A program made the translations under genes and the position numbers. A stretch of 64,000 bases of DNA, taken from assembly GCA_963665775.2 (NCBI GenBank), contig CAXXTF010000001.1, positions 288,001 through 352,000 on the forward strand. The letters run 5' to 3'. This document shows, in pieces, positions 1-9,596 of the stretch. Source of the DNA: Dehalococcoidia bacterium (GTDB taxonomy: Bacteria > Chloroflexota > Dehalococcoidia > SM23-28-2 > RBG-16-64-32). The notes beneath the pieces were generated by a model, which had not been told where the DNA came from, did no database searches, and saw only the letters and a program-made list of their open reading frames with translations. Position 1 is the first letter of the stretch; each line of letters begins with the position of its first letter.

Positions 1-2
1 TC

Positions 3-644
3 AACGACGATGAGGGCCCACTGTCCTACCACGGGCAGTTCGGCCTCAAGGATATTCCAGCTCTAAAGGAGTACATCAAGGAGCACGACCTCGAGCTGGT
101 GGTCATAGACTCCCTTCGGCGCATTCACGGAAACAATGAGAACGAGAGCGATCAGATGGCGTTCGTTTTCGACCCGCTTCGTCAGCTGGCCAGGGATACA
201 GGCTGCACCATCCTCCTTATCCATCACACGCGAAAGAGTGAAGGGAACTCCTTCACCGATCCTTTCAGGGGCTCCACGGAGATCACCGCAGCGGTGGACT
301 GGCTCCTGCTCCTCAAAGAGCAAGGCGGCAACCTGGTCTTAGAGGGGGTGGGTAAGGATGGCCGACTCGAACCGCTCCATGTGGAGAGGATGGAGAACCT
401 GCGACATGTTGTCCGGGGCTCAGCGCAGGTGCCGGGCAGGAAGTTGCTAACGACCGAGATCGAGGACCTGCTGGCTATGCGCGGGCCACAGACGACGAAG
501 GAGCTCGCTGAGCTTCTGGACCGCAACGAGGGGACGACCTCCAACGCCGTCACCAAACTGAAGAATGCTGGCAGGATTGCGTCAGTGGAGAAGGTTCCGG
601 GAAAGGGTGGAGGGAACAAATGGCAGTGGATTACGCAAACATAA
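3..644 (+). CDS. RepA/AAA_25-like helicase of a mobile element, C-terminal part with winged HTH (5' end outside window)
   Basis: Frame is open from position 3. Walker B-like LVVIDSL, then ENE..., LARDTGCTILLIHHTRK and RGSTEITAAVD motifs typical of RecA-like SF4/AAA_25 proteins; HTH (TTKELAELL) at the C-terminus. Confidence 0.8.
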   Translation, partial: NDDEGPLSYHGQFGLKDIPALKEYIKEHDLELVVIDSLRRIHGNNENESDQMAFVFDPLRQLARDTGCTILLIHHTRKSEGNSFTDPFRGSTEITAAVDWLLLLKEQGGNLVLEGVGKDGRLEPLHVERMENLRHVVRGSAQVPGRKLLTTEIEDLLAMRGPQTTKELAELLDRNEGTTSNAVTKLKNAGRIASVEKVPGKGGGNKWQWITQT

Positions 645-691
645 CATTCATTCACGCACATACCCCTAAGGGGGGTGATGTGATGAATGTT
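643..691. repeat. Imperfect palindrome immediately after the helicase stop (possible origin-like site)
   Basis: AACATTCAT(643-651)...CCCCTAAGGGG...ATGAATGTT(683-691). Confidence 0.5.
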
Positions 692-922
692 GCCACATGG
701 CCGATATTCGTATTGGGCGGTCGCACCAAATGTATGAATGGCCCATTTGGGTTAGCGGGAATGCCCCCAACCTGCATCATCGGGTGCATTCCTTGCACGT
801 CAGTTTACTAATGTTGGTCGGGTATAGCGTTTGTGTCGGTTGACATCGTGGACACGGTGCCGTGTCCGCCTGTCGCCGGTGACCTCACCGATCACGAATC
901 AGCATCACTATAGGAGGTAACC

Positions 923-1375
923 ATGGGACTCGGAGTAGGGTCTAAGAAGGGAATGCTCCCGCCGCTCGTCAGCTGCGATGGCTGTGGTGAGATCGTTGCA
1001 GATTGGAGCAGAGGGGTAGTCACATTTGAGCCGCAGGGTGAAGATGGGATCGGGCCGGCCAAGGTCTATCACAAGGGAAAATGTGACCCAGCGGGACTTG
1101 GAAGGCCGCGTCCAGCAGACGCCGCTCGATGGATGGAACTTGCTGACTACTTCGCCTACCTCCTCTGGAATTACGGCCTGGGTGAGCGCCTTGCGCTCGG
1201 GGAACGTCCCGTCCTTCAGGAAGTCCCGGAAGTCCGCAACGTACCGCGCTATCTCCTCGGTGGTGGGAGGCTCCACCCTCCGCTGCTCAAGCTGAGTGGC
1301 GGCGTCCTCCCGCGCAGCCTCCAACTGCTCCTCGCGGTGCCTCGGCGAGAAGATGCGGGGCGACAGGACCTCTAA
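923..1375 (+). CDS. Hypothetical protein, probably chimeric: N-terminal CxxC...HxxxC domain reading into the antisense strand of a recombinase remnant
   Basis: Strong RBS AGGAGG before ATG 923; CDGC and HKGKC motifs; after ~1180 the sequence is the reverse strand of the recombinase remnant. Confidence 0.45.
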   Translation: MGLGVGSKKGMLPPLVSCDGCGEIVADWSRGVVTFEPQGEDGIGPAKVYHKGKCDPAGLGRPRPADAARWMELADYFAYLLWNYGLGERLALGERPVLQEVPEVRNVPRYLLGGGRLHPPLLKLSGGVLPRSLQLLLAVPRREDAGRQDL

Positions 1376-1600
1376 CGTCACCAAGCTCGGCGTCGATGAC
1401 ATCCAGCCGACCGGCCAGCTCTCCGGCCATAGCATCGACTTCCTCCGCCACCAGCGTCACCAGCTCCACGATGGTCTCCTCGGTGAGAATCCGTTCCCTG
1501 ATCTTCATCCTCTGGACACAATAGACACGAAAAGCTCAGGTGCTCGTGGGAGGTCGATTTGGGTCCATTCAAGATTGCTAGACAGTAGCGTGCCTGCCAG
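1181..1600 (-). pseudogene. Large serine recombinase C-terminal coiled-coil remnant, frameshifted
   Basis: Pieces in different frames: KIRERILTEETIVELVTLVAEEVDAMAGELAGRLDVIDAELGDV and LSPRI...REEQLEAARE...IARYVADFRDFLKDGTFPERKAL. Confidence 0.6.
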
Positions 1601-1889
1601 AGAGGGTGGGGCCGTAGGGAATGGCGTGGCGCACAGCCTAGGTACCGAACCCGGCTAGGCCGTCCGAAGCTGAGCTAGACGAGCCGGGATAGATGAGTCG
1701 TCTCATCACTGGCCAGTAGTATCCTCGGCCTGGCTACGGATGCGACGGCGTCTTCGCCGAGACCGAGTAGGTCCCGCACAACGCGCTGATCCATCTCAAT
1801 TATTACTCCGCCCTTTACAGCCGGCCGCTTAAACGGACATTTTCCCTGAACAGCGACACCGTGCCAGCACCATTCAATGCTGTCCTCCA

Positions 1890-2573
1890 TCAACCGCGCG
1901 TGGCAATCCAGACGACATGATGTGCGCCTCCCTTGCGGCTGCTTCCACCACGCGCCCGCACCTTGACTTCATCCACCTCGAAACCGGCACGGCGCAAACG
2001 TCTGACGAATGGCGGTTGAGAACCGGCAGACCATATCGCCAATACCCCGCCGCGCCGCAACGCCGCGTAGGTGGCGGTCAGCCCCGGCAGGCTGTAAAGC
2101 CAGTTGTTGCTCTTTCGGACCATCGCCTCCGCGCCATTGTCGACATCAAGCATGATGGCATCGTAGTCACCTCTGGCGGCCGTTATCAACTGGACAACGT
2201 CGGCTTCATGGAGTTCAGTCCGGCGGTCGTCAAGAGGTCGGCCGGCCAAATCGGCAAGCACTCCCCTGTTCCATTCAACCACGGCTGGCACCAGCTCCGC
2301 GACCACCACCCGGGCATCCTCGCCAAGGATGTCCAGCGCCGTTCTCACCGAGTAGCCCATTCCCAGACCGCCAATCAGAATGCGGGCCCTCGGCCGTTTT
2401 GCCAAGTTCTGACAGCCCAGTCTGGCCATGGCTTCTTCTGACCCATAAACCCGGCTATTCATGAGTTCCAGGTTATCCGCTTTGAGCGAGAACTCAGAGT
2501 CATGTTGGTACAAAACGAGCTCCGCTCCTCCGCCAGGGGTTTGGGCCCGGCCGATCAACTGCCAGGGTTTCAT
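1890..2573 (-). CDS. Spermidine synthase-like SAM-dependent methyltransferase
   Basis: MKPWQLI... start; ELMNSR, ILIGGLGMGY, VAELVPAVVEWNR, YDAIMLDVDNG and GGVLAIWS motifs. Confidence 0.85.
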   Translation of the reverse strand: MKPWQLIGRAQTPGGGAELVLYQHDSEFSLKADNLELMNSRVYGSEEAMARLGCQNLAKRPRARILIGGLGMGYSVRTALDILGEDARVVVAELVPAVVEWNRGVLADLAGRPLDDRRTELHEADVVQLITAARGDYDAIMLDVDNGAEAMVRKSNNWLYSLPGLTATYAALRRGGVLAIWSAGSQPPFVRRLRRAGFEVDEVKVRARGGSSRKGGAHHVVWIATRG

Positions 2574-3108
2574 TGATACCTCACGATCATGTCTGGAGCA
2601 GCCGGGGCAATATCCTAGGCGGGGTCCGATTCCGTGAACCACTGGATCACCCGGGCGATCTCTTCAGGTCTGTTTCAGGACGATAATGCATCTCCCGCAG
2701 TCCCTCTCCCGGATGCCGGAATCGTTCCCGGGGGGTTCCCTGAAGGTTTGCTCTCTGTTCCTGGGCAGGGAGCCGCACATGGGTTTCCCTGTCTGTCCCG
2801 CTGCCGGGTAGTGTTCCGCCGCCGGCGGTCTGCTCAGGGTCATTTTGCCTCCCCCTCCGCCTCCTTTCGAGAACTGGATGACGTGAGGGATTGCCGCTAT
2901 TCAGGATCCACTCTATTCTAACCAGCCTGCTTCTCAGCACCAGCCGGACGCAGGGAGAATCCGTTGACGCTTGACCAACCCTTCCCGGCGCAACCGGTCT
3001 TCCACGGTCTCCACGTCCGCTTAGTGGGAATCTCAAACCCGGCCAGTTGGTACTCGCAGCATGGTAGGCCAGTGCCAGGCTTTCGAGATCAGACGATGTT
3101 ACCGTAGC

Positions 3109-3291
3109 TCAGCGAAGATTTCTTATTACAATTCCGATACCTCGAAGAGAGCGGGCTTCATCGACAGAGGCGGGCTCGGCCGCCAGCATCCGCAGCGCGA
3201 GGTTGATCGCCTCGCGCTTGGTAGCGAGCCGGTAACGCCGCATGACCTCGGCGCACGCCTGATCGTCAATGTCCACGTTGGTGCGTGCCAT
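3109..3291 (-). CDS. vapB: VapB-type antitoxin, probably 3'-truncated; no cognate VapC follows
   Basis: MARTNVDIDDQACAEVMRRYRLATKREAINLALR...EARSLRGIG is an actinobacterial-type VapB signature. Confidence 0.75.
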   Translation of the reverse strand: MARTNVDIDDQACAEVMRRYRLATKREAINLALRMLAAEPASVDEARSLRGIGIVIRNLR

Positions 3292-3760
3292 GCACGTATC
3301 ATACACCCGAAGGTGAAGGCTGGCAAGCCCTCCTACGTGAGCAGACGCCACACCATAAGGATACTGACCCCAGCAGGGCGAACAACATGGCGGCCGCCAG
3401 GCCCAGACTGAGAGCCAATCGTCTCGTCCTCCCGTGCGCAGCGCGCTCCTTGCGATACGCCTCCGTCACCTCCTCGTATGCGTCTTCGCTGGCGGATGCG
3501 GCGTCCCTGGCCTCGTCCCGTTCCCGCTCCAACTCCGATGCCGTCCGCTCCAGTCCCCGCACGGTCCGCTCAAGGTCTGATCTTGGACTGGGTGAGCAGG
3601 TTCGGGTCGAACCGTCGTGAGCGCAACTGATTTGAGGCTGAGTCATAGCGACAGTTGCGGGTACCCTATAGCATACGGAACCGATAGAATCTCCGAGAGG
3701 CCAATAGCAATGCAAGATTTACGAGACTCTTCAGGAAGGTAGATCCAGTTTCCGAGAACC

Positions 3761-4000
3761 ATGCCCTCTAGGATTGATTGGACAGACGAAACGTGGAACC
3801 CCGTAACCGGTTGCACTCGCGTATCTCCGGGGTGTGACCATTGCTACATGTTCTCGCTCTATCCACGCTTGAAAGCGATGGCGGTCCCCGGTTACGAGTC
3901 GGCACCGGATGAGGTTCAGTTGCAGCCCCAAAGGTTGGGTGCACCGTTGTCGTGGCAAACGCCGCGCCGCATCTTCGTCAACAGCATGGCGGACCGATAG
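3761..4000 (+). pseudogene. Phage Gp37/Gp68 (DUF5131) protein, N-terminal fragment
   Basis: IDWTDETWNPVTGCTRVSPGCDHCY...RRIFVNSMAD; stops after 79 aa. Confidence 0.85.
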
Positions 4001-4031
4001 TTCCTGCGCAGGCTGTAACCCGAGCCGCCGC

Positions 4032-4910
4032 CTAGGGTGCTGACCCCTCCCCCTGGATGATGGTGGGAATGCCGCAGGTTTCCTGGGCCGCCATTATCTC
4101 GGCCACCGCCATCATCATTTCCGGCGATGGTGTGGGCGGCGCCGCGCTCGACTCCAGGTCGGCAAGGTCGGCAAAGGCCTGGTAGACGATGAACAGGTTC
4201 TCCAGGTCCGTCTGCTCGGATACGCAGCGGAGTTGGGAGGGCAAAAGAAATGCGTCTTCTTCCGGAACAGGTCCCGACATGGCTTGCGCTTCTTCGTCGG
4301 TCAGGCAGAGCAGCATGGTTATACCGAAGCGCAAGGAGTCTGTCTCGCTCATCGTCTCGCCCGGCACCCCGAGCTCTGCGAAAACGTCCTTGATGCAGGC
4401 CTGGCTATCATCGGACAGCCCGCCCGGCTGGAGCGACATCATGGCTAGGCTCAGGTCGATGGCGTTGTCCGGCTCCAGGCATTGCAGTGGGAACGTATCG
4501 AATCCCATGGCACTCTCGGACAGGGTCAGATCCTGCATAGCTTCGTAGCTCGCGTCCCCTATCGCAGCGCGCAGGCAGTCGGCTTCACCTTCGGAAAGCG
4601 ACGCGATCAGTTCGGCCCCCGTGGTGGTCTCGTCGATATCGCTCAGAGACATCATTGCGGGGGCTGCGGTGGGATCGGGGGCCGGCGCTGCGGTGGGATC
4701 GGGGGTCGGCGCTGCGGTGGGATCGGGGGCCGGCGCTGCGGTGGGATCGGGGGCCGGCGCTGCGGTGGGATCGGGGGTCGGCGCTGCGGTGGGATCGGGG
4801 GCCGGCGCTGCGGTGGGATCGGGGGTCGGCGCTGCGGACTCGCCGCACGCCGCGAAAACCAAAGCCCCCGCCACCAGCGCTACCAGCAGTACGGCAAGGG
4901 TTTTTGGCAC
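4032..4910 (-). CDS. Hypothetical lipoprotein with Pro/Thr/Ala repeat linker and Cys-containing helical repeats (intact copy)
   Basis: GTG start; hydrophobic signal ending in lipobox FAAC; (AP[T/A]PDPTA)x7; repeated LSxxExxC-like segments. Exact start uncertain. Confidence 0.75.
   Translation of the reverse strand: MPKTLAVLLVALVAGALVFAACGESAAPTPDPTAAPAPDPTAAPTPDPTAAPAPDPTAAPAPDPTAAPTPDPTAAPAPDPTAAPAMMSLSDIDETTTGAELIASLSEGEADCLRAAIGDASYEAMQDLTLSESAMGFDTFPLQCLEPDNAIDLSLAMMSLQPGGLSDDSQACIKDVFAELGVPGETMSETDSLRFGITMLLCLTDEEAQAMSGPVPEEDAFLLPSQLRCVSEQTDLENLFIVYQAFADLADLESSAAPPTPSPEMMMAVAEIMAAQETCGIPTIIQGEGSAP
4663..4837. repeat. 24-bp tandem repeat x7 encoding the lipoprotein linker
   Basis: Unit GCTGCGGTGGGATCGGGGGYCGGC, no spacers. 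Confidence 0.95.
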
Positions 4911-4991
4911 ACAAGTATATAATTCCCTAATTTTACTCCCGCCCCTAGCACGCATAAAAGTAATTTGAAACCCGATCTCAGTCAATTCCCA

Positions 4992-5153
4992 TTATCTAGC
5001 GCTTAGAGCGCGCCTGTCAATTCGACCGCTTTCCGTGAGCTTCCAGCTGATAATCCGGCCATCTTTAATGTCGATGGCTAGATTGCCAGTACCGCCAGTC
5101 CCTAGTAGGGCGGCGAGTCTCTGTCGTATCTCGGCGGGAAGCGCGTCCTGCAT
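4992..5153 (-). CDS. Small phage-like hypothetical protein (53 aa)
   Basis: RBS GGAGGAG; MQDALPAEIRQRLAALLGTGGTGNLAIDIKDGRII...; duplicated at 28963-29124. Confidence 0.5.
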   Translation of the reverse strand: MQDALPAEIRQRLAALLGTGGTGNLAIDIKDGRIISWKLTESGRIDRRALSAR

Positions 5154-5324
5154 CACTCCTCCGTTACCGGTGCAAGCATCGCTGGATCGCCCCCTAACAG
5201 CTGCCAAGCCTGCTCGCGGGACACGCCGGCGTCGATCAACTCCGCCCCACATCCAGGTCGCCGCCCCGCGTCCAGCCGAGCATCGTGTAGGCGGCGCCCC
5301 AGAAGGCCCGCAGCGCTGCCGGCT

Positions 5325-5899
5325 TTGTGCCCCCTGGAATGTTTGGGCACAACGAGGCGTTGGTACCCTCAGCCTTCGACTTGGAGACCGCCAAACAACT
5401 GCTGCAGGAGTCCCGCTATGGCGGGGCGGAGAACCTGCCGCCCATCACGTCCTACGCTGATGACGACGCCATCCATTGGGCATGGCGGGACCACTTAGGA
5501 CTGGAAGTCGAGGCGGTTTCGGTATTCGAGTTCTCCGATTTCCTAGAGCGTTTGGACAACGAGGAGTATGGCGTTTTCACCGCTGGTTGGTGCGCCGACT
5601 ACCCCGACCCCCAAAACTTCCTGCATGTGCTCTTCCACAGTGAGAGCGCGGAGAACCGGTTCGGCTACGAGAACGAGGAGGTGGACGCACTGTTGGAGGA
5701 AGCGGCCGTGGAGCCGGACCCGGACCGTCGCGCCAGCCTCTACAATCAAGCTGAGCAGATGGTCTTGGACGACTGGGTTGCCGTGCCCCTGCGTCACAAC
5801 AATGATTACTTATTAGTGCGCCCCTACGTAAAGGGGTTTGAGCTCACCCCCATAGGCGTGTCGCAGCTGCAGAACATCTCCATAGAGCGTGGCCAATGA
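5325..5899 (+). pseudogene. Peptide ABC transporter solute-binding protein, C-terminal fragment
   Basis: VPPGM...FDLETAKQLL, GWCADYPDPQNFL, YENEEVDALLEEA; 5' part removed at the inverted-repeat boundary. Confidence 0.85.
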
Positions 5900-7215
5900 A
5901 GCGTACGCTGGTGGCCGCGCTCCTGACTCTCACCGTGGCATTGGCGCTGACGGCTTGCGGTGAACCATCGCCAAAGCCCACGACGACGCCTGCGGTGGAG
6001 ATCGCTCCCGTTCCCACGCCAATCGCGGAGGTCACACCAACGCCTTCTCCGACGCCTACGCCGGTGAGCACGCCTGCTCCGGTGATCACATCCACGCCGG
6101 AGCAGGCGACCCCAGTGGTCACAGAAACGCCTGCTCCAGTGACCACACCCACGCCAGAGCCGACGCCGGAGGTTACACCCGCGCCGCCACCTCCCGAGGC
6201 TGATTTCGAGGTGAGTGTCAGCGAGGCGGCGTTGCAGTTGCCGGATTCCATCTCCTTCCATCTGGAGGGCAGCGGAGAACGCCCCATTGAAGTGATTGAT
6301 GTTGAGTTTGGCACCAAGCACGTCTTCTCATGCGCATCAAGCTCCTACTGGACCGCGCGGACGGACTTCGAGGCTGACGAGGAGGTCTCGGTCACTTGGG
6401 ACTGGGACATGAGACGGAGTGGCTCCATGCCACCGGGGGCGCTCATCTGGTGGCGATGGAGGGTGGTGGACGACCTGGGTCAGGAGTTCCGCACATCCCG
6501 TGAAGAGACGGTGTTTACTGATGACCGCTTCGAGTGGCAGTCCCACACTGACAGCCACATCATCTACTACTGGTACGCTGGAGGGGCCGACTTCGGGCAG
6601 CGCCTTGCGGATGGCACTCGTGGCGGTCTGGAGACGCTACAGTTGGGCCGGGAGCATGTGGCGCCCATCAAGGCGTTTGTCTATGAGAGTGCAGGGGACG
6701 TGCAGGGCGCCATACTATTCGCACAAGCATGGACTGGAGGCGTGGCCTTTGTGGGCCACAATATCCTGTTGATAGCTGTCAACCCGGATGAGTTCGAGGA
6801 GCAACTGCAGGGAGTCATCCACGAGTTGGCCCACCTTCTGGTTGAGGAAGTCACATTCAACTGTTTCGGTGGACTTCCGACTTGGCTTGACGAGGGTCTC
6901 GCCGTCTACGCCGAGGGGAGGCTGCCTGATTTTCAGCAGCGTGCGCTTGATGAGGCCATCGCCAACGATTCTCTGATCAGCCTGCGCAGCTTGAGCAGCA
7001 GCTTCCCGGCTGCCGACACGGGGGCAACCCTCTCCTACGCCCTTAGCTACAGCCTCGTCGACTACCTGATCGAAGCCCACGGATGGCCCAAGATGCAAGA
7101 GCTTCTAGCCGTGTTCGCCGGAGGCTCAACGGACGAGAACGCCATCCGGCAGGTCTATGGCTGGGACTACGCGCAGTTTGAAGCGGCTTGGCGCGAGTCG
7201 TTGGGCCTCGAGTAA
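5896..7215 (+). CDS. Peptidase MA-like (gluzincin) lipoprotein with P/T-rich linker
   Basis: Lipobox LTAC; HELAH plus PTWLDEGLA; start overlaps the upstream stop (ATGA). Confidence 0.85.
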   Translation: MKRTLVAALLTLTVALALTACGEPSPKPTTTPAVEIAPVPTPIAEVTPTPSPTPTPVSTPAPVITSTPEQATPVVTETPAPVTTPTPEPTPEVTPAPPPPEADFEVSVSEAALQLPDSISFHLEGSGERPIEVIDVEFGTKHVFSCASSSYWTARTDFEADEEVSVTWDWDMRRSGSMPPGALIWWRWRVVDDLGQEFRTSREETVFTDDRFEWQSHTDSHIIYYWYAGGADFGQRLADGTRGGLETLQLGREHVAPIKAFVYESAGDVQGAILFAQAWTGGVAFVGHNILLIAVNPDEFEEQLQGVIHELAHLLVEEVTFNCFGGLPTWLDEGLAVYAEGRLPDFQQRALDEAIANDSLISLRSLSSSFPAADTGATLSYALSYSLVDYLIEAHGWPKMQELLAVFAGGSTDENAIRQVYGWDYAQFEAAWRESLGLE

Positions 7216-7350
7216 GTACACGTATCGGATAGTCCTTGATTAGTACCGGCTCCTCCTGAGATTTAGCCCAGCGACCTCTGTCTTTGACGGCCCAATTCGC
7301 GACGTTACAATTGCCCAAGGCACCGCTACGATCGAGAAGGAGATATTGTA

Positions 7351-7450
7351 ATGCCGTTTTATGCCAAGGGTAATGTCCGAATCCGCTACGAGGAAGTTGG
7401 GGCCGGTTTCCTGCTTCTGGTAAATCCCGGCGGCGGGTTGAACTCTAGAG
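7351..7450 (+). pseudogene. Alpha/beta hydrolase N-terminal stub, cut at an IS end
   Basis: RBS AAGGAG; MPFYAKGNVRIRYEEVGAGFLLLVNPGGGLNS. Confidence 0.6.
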
Positions 7451-8104
7451 TGTTGGCAACCAGCAAAAATGGGACAGTGTGAGACCCGAGAGATCAGGGG
7501 TCGGATAGAGGTCTCGTAAGCTCCCTGATGGCCCTATTGTGCTGTCTTCGCCGTTGGATTGTTTGGGCCTGCACCTCCTTTCTTCTTAGTAGGATCTCCT
7601 GCCGCCTTCCCTTGGGGACATCCGAGGGCGTCACGTTGCCGAGGGCCTTGTGATAGCGTCGGTAGTTGTAGTAGCTGACGAAGGCCACGATGGCCGCCTC
7701 CAAGTCTGAAGGCATCTCATACGGCAGTTGGTTCACATCACGCTTGAGGGTCTGGTGGTAGCGCTCCAGCTTGCCGTTGGTCTGAGGATGGAAAGGGGCT
7801 GCCAGGATGTGCCTAATGCCCACCATACCCAGGTAGTCTCTGAAGGCTCTGGATACATAGCCGGGGCCGTTGTCGCTCAGCAGCCTGGTCCGGTCTGTTA
7901 TCGGGATCTGGTCCATGCCGGTCCTGTCCACGGCCTCTTGGACCACCTCTATGAAGGAGTCGGATGTCATATCCCTCTGAAGCCTGTGGGCCAGGCCTGT
8001 CCTGAGCTTGTCGAAGGGATGAATCGTGAGTAGTCGTCCATGACGGTGACCATGTAGTAGTAGCCCCAGCCCTCCACCCTGAAGTAGGAGGCATCGGTGG
8101 CCCA
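7451..8104 (-). mobile_element. IS481/IS3-like rve transposase remnant (3' part and right end), frameshifted by a 23-bp insert
   Basis: WATDASYF...VMDDYSRFI / LLSDNGPGY...HPQTNGKLERYH...YNYRRYHKALGNVTP; end reads TGTTGGCAAC... at 7451. Confidence 0.85.
7994..8016 (-). repeat. REP-like mini-insert CTTCGACAAGCTCAGGACAGG(CC)
   Basis: Removing 23 bp restores ...YSRFILAHRLQ...; near-identical to the insert at 61745-61768. Confidence 0.8.
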
Positions 8105-8520
8105 GGCCGAGGAATCCCGGCTCCGGGACCGGCTCGAACTGGACTCCTCCGGCACCGACCGGCTCATGCTCGACGCGAAGCTGGCCGCCATCGCCTTCGG
8201 CGGGACCTTCACCGGAGCGTCCACTCAGCTCTATAAGACTGGTAATTATCGGCTTGCCACACCCAAAGGATCTCACTACAATTCAAGTGATCTAAGGCGA
8301 ACGGCTGGGTTACAACACAGGTGGCACGCTCGCCTTCGTGGTAGGAACGCTGCCTAAGACCTGCGGCGAAAATTCTAGCCGAGCGAGTCGCGGAGACCGT
8401 CCACGCGCTGCGGTAAACCACCAGTCCGCACATCTGGCATCCACCGAATATCAAGCCGACAATGCTTGCGAGAACCAGGCATCCCGACCAAGCACTATTG
8501 TCATTACGGGACTGAGATCG

Positions 8521-9432
8521 ATGCTTCGCTGTTCGCTCATCGCAGGGGTCTTCGCGGCGACGGTTGCCCTGTCGGCCTGCGGAGCGAGTGAAGCCGTGCC
8601 CCCCACGTCGGCCCCCGTGCAGACACCTCCCACAGTGACGCCGGAAGCCGCCTGGGCAATCGAGGACGCCTATCACAGCTTTGGCAACCCGGACGCCGGC
8701 GTGGTGGTGGTGAACAGCCAGGGCGGACCAATGCCGGCCCTTGTCCGAAAGCGTGAGATACTTGAGAAGCTGGGCCTGCTCAACCTCGAACGCATACACC
8801 TAGTGAATGTCCATCAAGCCCAGACCATCAACCCCGCCCCATTCACCGCCGCAGACATCACGTTCGACGAAGCCAAGGCGGCTGATGGGGAAAGCGTGGA
8901 GGTCCTGGCCGCCCTCGTGGACCACTTCCAGGCTCAAGGCAAGACGGTCTACGTTGTCGGGATATCCTTCGGCGCATTCATGGTCCAGGAGCTCCTCGCC
9001 ACGCAGGGCAACGTCGCCGAGGGATATCTGATTGCCAATGGACGGCTCGACATGCCGCCTACGATATGGACGGTGTTCGCCGAGGGCCGTACCGTCGGCT
9101 TCGTGGACGGCGTGGAGATCGAGGACCCCAGGACTGGAGGGCACGAACCGGCCCCCGAGGGCACGGTCCCGCTCCAGCGCAACATGGCCCGGCTCGCGGC
9201 CGGCCTCGGACACTACCGCTACACCGAACGGCTCGCCGGTGTCGACATGACCAACGTGGTATACCTTTCCGGGACCTTAGACGAGCAGGTGGGACGCCTC
9301 AGCGATGCCGAGGTCGCGTTCCTCGCCGAACGCGGGGCGGACGTCGTTCAATATGACGGCGGCCATTCCGTGCCCGATGCCGCAGCCCTCGATGCCTTCG
9401 GCCGCCTCTTTCCCTCCGGTCTTCTCAACTGA
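8521..9432 (+). CDS. Alpha/beta hydrolase-fold lipoprotein
   Basis: Lipobox LSAC; nucleophile elbow GISFG, GTLDEQV and GGHSV suggest a Ser-Asp-His triad. Confidence 0.7.
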   Translation: MLRCSLIAGVFAATVALSACGASEAVPPTSAPVQTPPTVTPEAAWAIEDAYHSFGNPDAGVVVVNSQGGPMPALVRKREILEKLGLLNLERIHLVNVHQAQTINPAPFTAADITFDEAKAADGESVEVLAALVDHFQAQGKTVYVVGISFGAFMVQELLATQGNVAEGYLIANGRLDMPPTIWTVFAEGRTVGFVDGVEIEDPRTGGHEPAPEGTVPLQRNMARLAAGLGHYRYTERLAGVDMTNVVYLSGTLDEQVGRLSDAEVAFLAERGADVVQYDGGHSVPDAAALDAFGRLFPSGLLN

Positions 9433-9596
9433 TATCTGCTCGGTAGTTTTTGGAGTTTTGCACTTCCCTCCGCACACACCCGCACACAGCGCATAGGGGC
9501 GGGCGGGCTGGCCTGATCAAGACTCCGGCCCTCCGGGTTGGAGGCTCCTCCATTCGTTGGAAGCGGTCATGTGGCCCCTAAGTCGGCGACCGTGAG

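Larger units (their letters stand above)
3773..5324. repeat. Left arm of a 1.55-kb inverted duplication (partner at 28792-30358)
   Basis: Near-identical to the reverse complement of 28792-30358; the +15 bp length difference is explained by indels of +28, +17, -24 and -6 bp. Confidence 0.95.

Noticed and set aside
2647-3036. ORFs between the methyltransferase and vapB
   Set aside because: No recognisable motif or consistent coding signal in any frame; left unannotated.
4663-4837. 24-bp repeats as a CRISPR array (also ~29325-29470)
   Set aside because: Head-to-tail with no spacers, in frame inside a lipoprotein linker, and no cas genes in the window.
3773-5324. Inverted duplication as a simple amplification chimera
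   Set aside because: The arms differ by about a dozen substitutions and four indels, more than a copying artefact should give; strain mixing is not excluded.
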